Below are positions 45,434-55,460 of a stretch of 64,000 nucleotides of DNA, in pieces. The stretch covers positions 5,842-69,841 of the forward strand of contig CAJTVJ010000004.1 of assembly GCA_910579785.1 (NCBI GenBank). Direction: 5' to 3'. How positions within the stretch are numbered: the stretch's first letter is position 1; each line of letters starts with the position of its first letter. This DNA comes from an uncultured Christensenella sp. GTDB taxonomy: Bacteria; Bacillota; Clostridia; Christensenellales; UBA3700. The notes beneath the pieces were generated by a model, which had not been told where the DNA came from, did no database searches, and was given only the letters and a program-made list of their open reading frames with translations. A program made the translations under genes and the position numbers.

Positions 45434-45468
45434 ACGCAGTTGGGAAGAGCCGACTGCGTTTTTGTTTT
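45434..45468 (+). terminator. Strong intrinsic terminator in the ruvX-yebC spacer
   Basis: 10-bp stem acgcagttgg/ccgactgcgt, 6-nt loop, then tttttgtttt. Confidence 0.75.
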
Positions 45469-45564
45469 ATAGTCGGCATTTTGTCGTAATGTGCTTTAAA
45501 TTCCTTGCAAAATAAAATTAAATAATATAATATTATTATGTAATACAATACTTTGGAGGTAGTT

Positions 45565-46308
45565 ATGTCAGGACATAGCAAATGGGCTAATATCAAAAAT
45601 AAGAAGGGCAAGAGCGACGCTAAGAGAGCGAGTGTGTTTACCAAGATCGGCAGAGAAATCGCCGTTGCGGTCAAGCAAGGCGGGCCCGACCCCAATTCCA
45701 ACGCAAGATTGAGAGACGTCATTGCCAAGGCAAAGGCGAATAATATGCCCAACGATAATATAGAAAGAGGTATCAAAAAGGCAAGCGGAGAATTGAACTC
45801 CGTCAACTATGAAGAGAATATATACGAGGGCTACGCTGCCGGCGGAGTTGCAGTCATCGTTGAGACTTTGACCGACAACAAAAACCGTACCGCAGGCGAC
45901 ATACGTCACCATTTCGACAAGTGCGGCGGAGCAATGGGTACCAGCGGTTGCGTGTCATATATGTTTGAGACAAAGGGCGTAATAATAGTAGAGGGCGAAG
46001 GCAAAGACGAGGATGAAGTCATGATGATCGCGCTTGACTGCGGAGCCAACGATATACAAAGCGACGAGGACGTATTTGAAATTTATACCGACCCGACCAG
46101 CCTCGGCGAAGTGAGAGAAGCCATTGAGAAAGAGGGGACTTTGAAGATACTTTCCGCGCAGGTAGACAGAATACCTAGCAGCACAGTCAAACCCGATAAG
46201 GAAACCGAGGCAAAGGTCATCAAGCTTTTGGATATGCTTGAAGACAACGACGACGTGCAGAACGTCTATCACAATGCAGAACTCGAAGAAGAGGACGAGG
46301 AAGAATAA
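45565..46308 (+). CDS. yebC: YebC/PmpR-family DNA-binding regulator
   Basis: [20 protein letters not shown]-like [32 protein letters not shown]. Confidence 0.93.
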   Translation: MSGHSKWANIKNKKGKSDAKRASVFTKIGREIAVAVKQGGPDPNSNARLRDVIAKAKANNMPNDNIERGIKKASGELNSVNYEENIYEGYAAGGVAVIVETLTDNKNRTAGDIRHHFDKCGGAMGTSGCVSYMFETKGVIIVEGEGKDEDEVMMIALDCGANDIQSDEDVFEIYTDPTSLGEVREAIEKEGTLKILSAQVDRIPSSTVKPDKETEAKVIKLLDMLEDNDDVQNVYHNAELEEEDEEE

Positions 46309-46319
46309 TAGAGGTCATT

Positions 46320-47564
46320 ATGGAAGATATGCAACAGGCTTGCGGAAAAGTCAGGAATGCAACTTATAAGCTCTCTTTGTATGACACAAAGACAAAGAAC
46401 GATATACTTTTGGCTATCGCCGATAAAATTCTTGCAAGCAAGAAGGAAATCAAGGCGGTCAACGCGATAGATATTCAAAATGCAAGGGGTAAACTCAGCG
46501 AGGCTATGATAGACAGGCTGACTTTGACAGACGCGAGAATAGAACTTATGGCGGAGGGCGTGCGACAGGTCGCTGAACTTGACGACCCTGTCGGCAAAGT
46601 CGTCAGACAGTGGACAGTTGAAAGCGGTCTGGAAATCAAAAAGGTGAGAGCGCCTTTGGGCGTCATAGGAGTCATCTATGAGTCGCGTCCCAACGTCACG
46701 GTCGACGTGGCAAGTCTTTGCATCAAGTCTGGCAACGGAGTCATACTCAAAGGCGGAAAGGAAGCTATAAATTCCAACAGGGCGCTATTTGAGATAATTC
46801 AAAAGGCGATAGAAGAGCTTGGATATGACAAAGATATCGTAGGGTTTGTCGACAACGTCGAAAGGTCGGCAACGTATGAGATGTTGCAGCAAGCCAAGTA
46901 TATTGACGTGATCATTCCCAGAGGCAGCGACAATCTCAAAAAGTTTGTGCTTACAAATTCGCAGATTCCTGTCATCGCATCTTCGGGCGGCAACTGTCAC
47001 GTATACGTAGAAAAGACTGCCGATTTGGCTATGGCAAAAGATATCGTTTACAATGCAAAAATGCAGAGAGTGTCGGTCTGCAATGCCGCAGAACAGCTTT
47101 TGGTCGATAGGGATATTGCAGAGAAATTTTTGCCTGATATGATAGATACTCTTCAAAAGGGCGGTTGTAAGGTAATTGGCGACGAAACCGTATGCAAACT
47201 TTGCAAAGACGTCATACCTGCAAAAGAGGAAGATTATAAGACGGAAAGAGAAGATTATATCTTGACTGTCAAGGTCGTCAAGGATTATAAAGAAGCTATT
47301 GATAGGATAAACGCCAACGGAACAAAGCACAGCGAAGCGATAATATCAAAGGATGCAGAGGCTATGCGAGTGTTTACTACGGCTGTCGACGCAGGGTGCG
47401 TATATACCAATGCATCGACGAGATTTACAGACGGATTTGAGTTTGGATTTGGCGCTGAGATTGGTATATCCACTCAAAAATTGCATGCAAGAGGACCGCT
47501 GGGATTGGAGCAGTTGACGAGCGAAAAGTATGTTGTCACGGGTCACGGCGAAGTGAGAAAATGA
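46320..47564 (+). CDS. proA: Gamma-glutamyl phosphate reductase
   Basis: PLGVIGVIYESRPNVT, ILKGGKEA, catalytic Cys in VCNAAE, ASTRFTDG. Confidence 0.93.
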   Translation: MEDMQQACGKVRNATYKLSLYDTKTKNDILLAIADKILASKKEIKAVNAIDIQNARGKLSEAMIDRLTLTDARIELMAEGVRQVAELDDPVGKVVRQWTVESGLEIKKVRAPLGVIGVIYESRPNVTVDVASLCIKSGNGVILKGGKEAINSNRALFEIIQKAIEELGYDKDIVGFVDNVERSATYEMLQQAKYIDVIIPRGSDNLKKFVLTNSQIPVIASSGGNCHVYVEKTADLAMAKDIVYNAKMQRVSVCNAAEQLLVDRDIAEKFLPDMIDTLQKGGCKVIGDETVCKLCKDVIPAKEEDYKTEREDYILTVKVVKDYKEAIDRINANGTKHSEAIISKDAEAMRVFTTAVDAGCVYTNASTRFTDGFEFGFGAEIGISTQKLHARGPLGLEQLTSEKYVVTGHGEVRK

Positions 47565-48055
47565 TAATTTTGGGAATCGACCCCGGTCTTGCGATAGTCG
47601 GGTACGGAGTGATTGAGGCGCAGAAAGGAGCGTTTCGTCCAATCGACTGCGGAGTTATCAACACGCCGAAATCTGATACCGTGCCGATAAGACTTAATAA
47701 GATATATGACGGCATGCTTTCGCTGATAGAGAAATATAAACCCGATTGCATTGCGATAGAAGAGTTGTTTTTCAACACCAATATCACTACCGGTATCAAC
47801 GTGGCGCAGGCAAGAGGCGTTGTATTGTTGGCTTGTCAGCAAAAGGGGCTTAAAATGTATGAGTACACTCCTTTGCAGATAAAGCAGGCGTTGACGGGGT
47901 ATGGCAAGGCGGAGAAAAAGCAGATACAGTTTATGGTCGCAAGACTGCTTAATTTAAAGGCTGTGCCAAAACCCGACGACGCGGCCGACGGTCTGGCAGT
48001 CGCGCTCACTCACGGACAGACGGCAAGAATGGGCGGACTTTTTGGAATAAGATAG
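47561..48055 (+). CDS. ruvC: Holliday junction endonuclease RuvC
   Basis: MIILGIDPGLAIVGYG, AIEELFFN, and KKQIQFMV..PDDAADGLAVAL. Overlaps the proA stop by 4 nt. Confidence 0.93.
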   Translation: MIILGIDPGLAIVGYGVIEAQKGAFRPIDCGVINTPKSDTVPIRLNKIYDGMLSLIEKYKPDCIAIEELFFNTNITTGINVAQARGVVLLACQQKGLKMYEYTPLQIKQALTGYGKAEKKQIQFMVARLLNLKAVPKPDDAADGLAVALTHGQTARMGGLFGIR

Positions 48056-48102
48056 TTCTTATGACGTAAAATCAACGGCATATATAGAGCAAAGGAATAG
48101 AT

Positions 48103-48714
48103 ATGTATTATTCGATTACGGGAAAGGTGATATTTTATGAAGAGGGAAAGGTCGTGTTGGAAAACAACGGCATTGCTTATGAGCTGGGAGTGTCGGCGAA
48201 TACTCTCACTGCCTTTGCGAAAAAAGGCGAGGTTGTCACCGCGTATACGTATCTCAAAGTTGCCGAAGATGAAATGAGTCTTTACGGTTTTTGCAGCAAG
48301 GAAGAAAAGGCGATGTTTATCAATTTGATAAGCGTAAGCGGAGTGGGACCTAAGACGGCGTTGCAGATACTTTCGGGAATTGACTTGCAAAGACTTGCGA
48401 TAGCAATAGTCAACGGCGACGCAAAGACGCTTGCAAAGGTCAAAGGATTGGGCAAGAAGACTGCCGAGCGTATAATTTTGGAACTCAAAGAAAAGATTGC
48501 AGACGTCAGCTCTGGCGACGATAGCGAAGGATTTTTCGGTTTGCTCGGCGGAGAGGACACTTCAAAGGACGAAGTTGTCAACGACGCGGTATTGGCTCTT
48601 GTATCTCTCGGCATATCTAAGACAGAGGCTGTCAAGGCTGTGGCAAATGCAAGGACAAAGAGCGATAAGCTGGAAAATATAATTACGTTGGCATTAAGGA
48701 GTTTTGATAGATAA
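48103..48714 (+). CDS. ruvA: Holliday junction helicase subunit RuvA
   Basis: LYGF, HhH motifs [15 protein letters not shown] and [12 protein letters not shown], and a C-terminal domain III. Confidence 0.93.
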   Translation: MYYSITGKVIFYEEGKVVLENNGIAYELGVSANTLTAFAKKGEVVTAYTYLKVAEDEMSLYGFCSKEEKAMFINLISVSGVGPKTALQILSGIDLQRLAIAIVNGDAKTLAKVKGLGKKTAERIILELKEKIADVSSGDDSEGFFGLLGGEDTSKDEVVNDAVLALVSLGISKTEAVKAVANARTKSDKLENIITLALRSFDR

Positions 48715-49772
48715 TGGAATTTTTTGACGACGAAGAAAGATTTATGTCCTCAATGCAAGGCGTAAGCGAGAGCGACAGCGAAAATACGCTGAGACCTAAG
48801 AGCATAGACGAATACGTAGGACAGGAAAAGATAAAAGAAAATCTTGATATTTATATCAAAGCCGCCGTTGGAAGAGACGAGGCTTTGGATCACGTACTTT
48901 TGTACGGTCCTCCCGGACTTGGCAAGACGACGCTTGCGCATATCATCGCAAGCGAAATGGGTTCGCAAATTCGTATCACGTCGGGACCTGCAATAGAAAA
49001 GGCAGCCGATCTTGCGGCGATTCTCACCAATCTCAATGAAAAAGATGTGCTTTTTATAGACGAAATTCACAGGCTGAATCGCAATGTCGAAGAGGTTTTG
49101 TATCCTGCAATGGAAGATTACGCGCTTGATTTTATGGTGGGTAAGGGACCGAGCGCGAGAAGCATAAGACTGTCTTTGCCTAAGTTTACGCTCATAGGCG
49201 CGACTACAAGAGCAGGTATGCTTACGTCTCCGCTGAGAGATAGATTTGGCGTCAACTGCCGCTTGGAAATGTATACGCCGGAGGAACTTGCAAGCATAGT
49301 AAAGCGTAGCGCAGGACTGCTCAACGTGGAGATAACGGAGGACGGCGCATATGAGATAGCTAGGAGAAGCAGAGGTACGCCGAGAATTGCCAATCGTATT
49401 TTGAAGAGAGTAAGAGATTACAGTGAGGTGTTGGCGGAGGGGATCATAACTTCCGAAGTCGCCGATATTGCGCTTGGTAAAATGGAAATCGACAAGCTCG
49501 GACTTGACAACATAGACCGCAAGATAATATTGACGATAATAGACAAGTTCGGCGGAGGACCTGTCGGTCTTGATACGCTTGCCGCGTCGATAGGAGAGGA
49601 TGCGGGCACTATTGAGGACGTATACGAGCCGTATCTTATGCAGATAACTTTTATTGCGCGTACACCGAGAGGACGTATCTGCCTTCCCGACGCCTATGCG
49701 CATTTTGGCCGCAAAGCAAATCAGTTGGCATATGAGCAGCTTTCTATGTTGGACAGCGAGGACAAGAAGTGA
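48714..49772 (+). CDS. ruvB: Holliday junction helicase subunit RuvB
   Basis: [57 protein letters not shown]. Confidence 0.96.
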   Translation: MEFFDDEERFMSSMQGVSESDSENTLRPKSIDEYVGQEKIKENLDIYIKAAVGRDEALDHVLLYGPPGLGKTTLAHIIASEMGSQIRITSGPAIEKAADLAAILTNLNEKDVLFIDEIHRLNRNVEEVLYPAMEDYALDFMVGKGPSARSIRLSLPKFTLIGATTRAGMLTSPLRDRFGVNCRLEMYTPEELASIVKRSAGLLNVEITEDGAYEIARRSRGTPRIANRILKRVRDYSEVLAEGIITSEVADIALGKMEIDKLGLDNIDRKIILTIIDKFGGGPVGLDTLAASIGEDAGTIEDVYEPYLMQITFIARTPRGRICLPDAYAHFGRKANQLAYEQLSMLDSEDKK

Positions 49773-50806
49773 TGCGCAAAAGTGATTTTTTCTATGAATT
49801 GCCGCAAGAGCTTATTGCGCAAACTCCGATTGAGCCGAGAGATTCGTCGAGAATGCTTGTATACCAAAGAGACGACGGCAAAGTCGAACACAAGCATTTT
49901 TACAATATTGTCGATTATCTCAAAAAGGGCGACGTATTGGTAATAAACAATACCAAAGTCATACCGGCGAGAATATTTGCAACAAGACTTCCGCGTACAG
50001 ATAAGACGATAGAGAGAAATACAGAGGTATTGCTACTTAAAAGAAAGCAGTACGACGTGTGGGAATGTATCACTCGACCTGCAAAAAAGTTGAAAATCGG
50101 CACCAAGCTTGACTTTGGCGCAATGCAAGGCGAGGTCGTTGGGTATGGAGACGAGGGAATAAGGTTTGTCAAGTTTATATTTGACGGCGTCTTTGAAAAC
50201 ATACTTGAAGTAATAGGAAATATGCCCCTTCCGCCTTATATCACCGAGAAACTTGAAGACAAAAGCAGATATCAGACGGTCTATGGCAAAATAGACGGGT
50301 CGGCTGCGGCTCCCACCGCAGGTCTGCACTTTACGCCGCAACTTCTTGAAAAAATTGAAGGTATGGGAGTGCAGATCGCCAAAGTTTTGCTCCACGTGGG
50401 GTTGGGTACGTTTAGACCTGTCAAAGAGGACGAAATACTTGATCATAAAATGCACAGCGAATACTTTGAGGTCGACGAGGTCAATGCTGAAATTATTAAC
50501 TGCGCTTTGAGAGAGGGCAGACGGGTGATATGCGTAGGTACGACGTCGGTCAGAGTTGTCGAAAGCTCTGTCGGTAACGACGGGTATATCGTGCCACAAA
50601 AGGGAGATACTCAGATTTTTATTTATCCTGGCTATGATTTTAAAGTTGTCAAAGGACTCATCACCAATTTTCATTTGCCGGAGTCAACTCTTATTATGCT
50701 TGTCAGCGCGCTTATAGGCAGGGAAAAGACGCTTGAACTTTATAGGACGGCGGTGGAGGAGAAGTATAGATTTTTCTCATTTGGCGACGCAATGATGATC
50801 GTATAA
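49769..50806 (+). CDS. queA: S-adenosylmethionine:tRNA ribosyltransferase-isomerase
   Basis: [44 protein letters not shown]. Confidence 0.95.
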   Translation: MMRKSDFFYELPQELIAQTPIEPRDSSRMLVYQRDDGKVEHKHFYNIVDYLKKGDVLVINNTKVIPARIFATRLPRTDKTIERNTEVLLLKRKQYDVWECITRPAKKLKIGTKLDFGAMQGEVVGYGDEGIRFVKFIFDGVFENILEVIGNMPLPPYITEKLEDKSRYQTVYGKIDGSAAAPTAGLHFTPQLLEKIEGMGVQIAKVLLHVGLGTFRPVKEDEILDHKMHSEYFEVDEVNAEIINCALREGRRVICVGTTSVRVVESSVGNDGYIVPQKGDTQIFIYPGYDFKVVKGLITNFHLPESTLIMLVSALIGREKTLELYRTAVEEKYRFFSFGDAMMIV

Positions 50807-50859
50807 GCGGCGCAATACTGTGTCGAACTTACGTTTTGCCTTGGTCGTGTACGACGTAG

Positions 50860-52131
<1,272 letters not shown>

Positions 52132-52138
52132 AGAAGAT

Positions 52139-52825
52139 ATGTTAGATTTCGTTGTATCGCAAGATAAATATAAACTTACGCAAGAGCAGAACGTTTTTAT
52201 TGCGAAAAAGAAGTTAGTGGAGAACATTTACAGTGGCGCAAAAGTCGAAGGGGTAAACATTACGTTTCCTGAGACGCAGGCGATTGTAGACGGTATTAAC
52301 GTTGCCAAGTTAAGCATTGACGACATTCTTGTGATACACAATCTCAAAGCGGGGTGGAAATATACGCTCGATAACATTGATTCGCCAATGACATTGGATT
52401 TTATTTGCAGAATAAATGAAGACGTATCTCGCAACGAGAGCCTTGATTGGGGACACTTGCGTAGCGGCATGGTTGGGATCTCCGGCACGGACTACGTTCC
52501 GTCGATTCCAAAGAAAGAAGAAGTCATGTCTGACATAGACATGATTATGAACGCTGATACGTGCACGACGTCGAAAGCGCTTGAACTATATGCGTACTGT
52601 TGTAAGTCTCAGTTATTTTGGGACGGTAACAGGCGTACGGCATTTATTGCGGCAAACAAGGTCTTAATTGCCGGCGGTGGCGGATTATTGACTATCAAAG
52701 ATGAGGATATCGTAGAGTTTAATACAATACTTACGGAATATTATAATGACGACGCCAATAAATCGACTTTGTTGAAGTTTTTATATGACAAGTGCATAAA
52801 TGCAGCCAACTTTAAGAGCTGTTAA
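52139..52825 (+). CDS. Fic/Doc-fold protein with a degenerate active-site motif (QLFWDGNRRTAF)
   Basis: KVEGVNITFPETQAIVDG resembles the Fic xIEGNxLTxxE helix. GHLRSGMVGISG resembles GxxRxxxVxIxG. The motif position carries Q-L-F-W-D-G-N-R-R instead of HxFx(D/E)GNGR or HxFx(D/N)(A/G)NKR. Confidence 0.6.
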   Translation: MLDFVVSQDKYKLTQEQNVFIAKKKLVENIYSGAKVEGVNITFPETQAIVDGINVAKLSIDDILVIHNLKAGWKYTLDNIDSPMTLDFICRINEDVSRNESLDWGHLRSGMVGISGTDYVPSIPKKEEVMSDIDMIMNADTCTTSKALELYAYCCKSQLFWDGNRRTAFIAANKVLIAGGGGLLTIKDEDIVEFNTILTEYYNDDANKSTLLKFLYDKCINAANFKSC

Positions 52826-53009
52826 TTTGATAAATATAAGTGTCACAGCGGTATATTTTCTGTAAATATTACATAAATTCTCAAAATAACCCAACAAAAC
52901 GCTTGTAATTGTCAAGTAAATAAGTTAAACTTTAAATGCTATTATATTGATATATATTTATATTATATAGAAAAGGATAATACGTAATACAAATCGTGAA
53001 GGAGTAATT

Positions 53010-53549
53010 ATGAAATTATTTAGTTTGTTGGGAGCAAACGAAGGCGGCTTAGGCGGCAGTGGCAACTGGATAATGATCGTCGGACTTGTCGTGTTGATGG
53101 TCATAATGTTTGCAGCTTCGATAATCCCACAGAAAAAGCGCCAAAAGAAAGCGCAAGAAATGATGAACAGCATCACAGTGGGAACAAAGGTCAAGACTAT
53201 CGGCGGTTTTGTCGGAGAAGTCAAAAAAGTAGACAATACGGCTGGTACGTTTACGCTTGATATAAGCGCTAAGGGCGATGGAAGTATGATGGTACTCATT
53301 GACAAATCGGCAGTATACACGGTGTTGCAGGCAGTTCAGGCGCCCACAGGCGAGACTAAGCTTGAAGAGAAAGAAGATACGGTCGTAGCAATGGACGATA
53401 TGGAAGCAGACGCGGAGGCAGCTCAGAAAAAAGCAGATAAGAAGAGCAAGAGGGCTAAGAGCGAAGAGCAAATCGAAGAAGTTCAAGCTGACGAGCAATC
53501 GGGCGACAGCTTGGAGAAGACGGACAGCAACACTCTTCTTAAAGACTGA
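53010..53549 (+). CDS. yajC: Preprotein translocase subunit YajC with a ~80-aa acidic C-terminal extension
   Basis: One TM segment, then IIPQKKRQKKAQEMMNSITVGTKVKTIGGFVGEV. Near tgt, as in many bacteria. Confidence 0.85.
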   Translation: MKLFSLLGANEGGLGGSGNWIMIVGLVVLMVIMFAASIIPQKKRQKKAQEMMNSITVGTKVKTIGGFVGEVKKVDNTAGTFTLDISAKGDGSMMVLIDKSAVYTVLQAVQAPTGETKLEEKEDTVVAMDDMEADAEAAQKKADKKSKRAKSEEQIEEVQADEQSGDSLEKTDSNTLLKD

Positions 53550-53565
53550 TAGTAAGTCAAATCAC

Positions 53566-53595
53566 GCAGACGTCGAAAGACGTCTGTATTTTTTG
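53566..53595 (+). terminator. Intrinsic terminator after yajC
   Basis: cagacgtc-gaaa-gacgtctg followed by tatttttt. Confidence 0.8.
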
Positions 53596-53666
53596 TATCA
53601 TATGCAAACAAATGTTTGCGTTATTAAAATATCTGTGCTATAATATCTTCAAGGCAGGAGATGGTA

Positions 53667-54554
53667 ATGAGAGATATATGGAACCCTTGGCACGGCTGTA
53701 AAAAGTGCAGCGAAGGGTGTCAAAACTGTTATATGTATTATCTTGATCAAATACATGGCAATTTTTCAAGCGACAAAGTTGTCAAGACCAACAATATGTA
53801 TTATCCGCTTGTTAAGAACAAAAACGGAGGCTATGCGATAAGAAGCGGAGAGATGTTGAGGGTATGTATGACGTCAGACTTCTTTATCGAAGAAGCTGAC
53901 GAATGGAGAGGTGAGGCGTGGAACGTGATTTATCAAAGACCCGACGTAAAATTCTTTTTGCTGACAAAAAGACCTCAAAGGGTGGAGAAATGTCTGCCGA
54001 AAGATTGGGGCGACGGCTGGGAAAACGTCTTTTTTAACGTCACGTGCGAAAATCAACTACGGGCAGACGAGCGCATTCCCATATTGCATTCGTTGCCGTT
54101 TAAGCACAAGGGGATAATGACGGCGCCTTTGATAGGCGAGATTAGCATTGCAAAATACCTAAAAGAGGGGCAGATTCAGCAAGTAATTTGCGGAGGTGAG
54201 AATTACAGCGGAGCAAGGGAGTGTCGATTTGAATGGGTAAAAAAGCTGTCTGACGAATGCAAAGAGGCTGACGTGTCTTTTGCGTTTATAGGTACGGGAA
54301 AATATTTTACTAAGGACGGCAAGCGCGTGATAATAAACGGCGGAAACTCAGAACATGCAAAAGCTGCGTTTACTTATAATCTATCTTACAGCGGAAAGCC
54401 GATAAAGTTTGATCTCAAAGACCATTTGGGTTTGGAGATAGACGAGAGTTGTTATGCCGCCAAGTTTAGGCAAAGGTGCAGCTCTTGCGGCAGTAAATGC
54501 GTATGCAACGGTTGCGACGACTGCGGGAAATGCGAAAGAAGTCAGTTATTGTAA
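53667..54554 (+). CDS. DUF5131 (phage Gp37/Gp68-like) protein with a Cys-rich C-terminal tail
   Basis: N-terminal WNPWHGCKKCSEGCQNCY signature, then MTSDFF and FFLLTKRP. Tail: CSSCGSKCVCNGCDDCGKC. The ATG at 53667 is 6 nt after GGAG; the ATG at 53661 abuts it. Confidence 0.7.
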   Translation: MRDIWNPWHGCKKCSEGCQNCYMYYLDQIHGNFSSDKVVKTNNMYYPLVKNKNGGYAIRSGEMLRVCMTSDFFIEEADEWRGEAWNVIYQRPDVKFFLLTKRPQRVEKCLPKDWGDGWENVFFNVTCENQLRADERIPILHSLPFKHKGIMTAPLIGEISIAKYLKEGQIQQVICGGENYSGARECRFEWVKKLSDECKEADVSFAFIGTGKYFTKDGKRVIINGGNSEHAKAAFTYNLSYSGKPIKFDLKDHLGLEIDESCYAAKFRQRCSSCGSKCVCNGCDDCGKCERSQLL

Positions 54555-54709
54555 GCTTACGATAGCGTTTAGTATTAGTCAAACATAAGTTTAAGAGACA
54601 TATATTTATATGATTTAGAGAAAAGTGGAGAAAGCGGAAAAGCAAAACTCAATATTAGTAATAAATTCTTAAAAGCCGTAATATATTTTAACTATTAGGA
54701 GGATAATAT

Positions 54710-55099
54710 ATGGCTGTGAAGATGACTAAAAGAGATTTTTTGGAGATGTTTTTGGGTATTTTGTTTTCGGTGATAATATCGTTGCTTGCGGTGATAGTAT
54801 TTGCTATCATAGTAAAATATGCTAATCTGTCGACTAAGGCGGTTGAGATCGTCAACATATTTTTAAAGATATTCAGTATATTTTTCGGCACTTTGATAGC
54901 TATCAAATCGGGCAAAAAGGGACTTTTTAAGGGATGTGTGATAGGTTTGTTCTTTTCGCTTGCGTCGTATTTGATATTTTCGCTCATCAACGGGTCGTTT
55001 GTACTCAATCCTTTGACGGCGTTTGACATATTGGCATGTTTGGCTGCCGGTCTTTTGAGCGGAGTATTTACCGTCAACGTGCGAAAAGGAGAAAATTGA
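54710..55099 (+). CDS. Small four-TM membrane protein (resembles the TIGR04086 family seen in Clostridia)
   Basis: SD AGGAGGA; 129 aa with four hydrophobic helices and a GKKGLFKG loop. The family name is from memory only. Confidence 0.55.
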   Translation: MAVKMTKRDFLEMFLGILFSVIISLLAVIVFAIIVKYANLSTKAVEIVNIFLKIFSIFFGTLIAIKSGKKGLFKGCVIGLFFSLASYLIFSLINGSFVLNPLTAFDILACLAAGLLSGVFTVNVRKGEN

Positions 55100-55212
55100 C
55101 TGTAATTTAAAATTTGCTGTAAGTTTTGTGAGTATAAAATTCATTTAAGCCGTCAATTTGTCTAATAAAACTATTATATAGATAAAATATTTAAAAGATT
55201 TAAAATAAATAC

Positions 55213-55241
55213 TTGCAAAATAATATTATTTATTATATGAT
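55213..55241 (+). promoter_or_regulatory. Sigma-A-type promoter upstream of the SCIFF peptide gene
   Basis: TTGCAA-17 nt-TATGAT, ~30 nt upstream of the ATG at 55272. Confidence 0.5.
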
Positions 55242-55271
55242 ATAAATACTAATGCATAAATCGGAGGACTT

Positions 55272-55445
55272 ATGAAACATATCAACAGTATCGTTACAAA
55301 TTCAATGAAAAAACAAGGTAATATCGGCTGCGGAGAGTGCCAATCAAGCTGCCAATCGGCTTGCAAGACTTCTTGCACGGTGGGCAATCAAAGCTGCAAG
55401 AACAGAGACGAGAAGATCAACGCTCAAAGAAAGCCTTTGATATAA
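55272..55445 (+). CDS. SCIFF (six-cysteines-in-forty-five) ranthipeptide precursor, 57 aa, not in the ORF track
   Basis: MKHINSIVTNSMKKQGNIGCGECQSSCQSACKTSCTVGNQSCKNRDEKINAQRKPLI. SD GGAGGA 5 nt upstream. The core GCGECQxSCQSACKTSCTVGNQxC is the SCIFF signature, and the gene lies immediately upstream of the maturase. Confidence 0.88.
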   Translation: MKHINSIVTNSMKKQGNIGCGECQSSCQSACKTSCTVGNQSCKNRDEKINAQRKPLI

Positions 55446-55460
55446 TAGAAAGATTTTATA

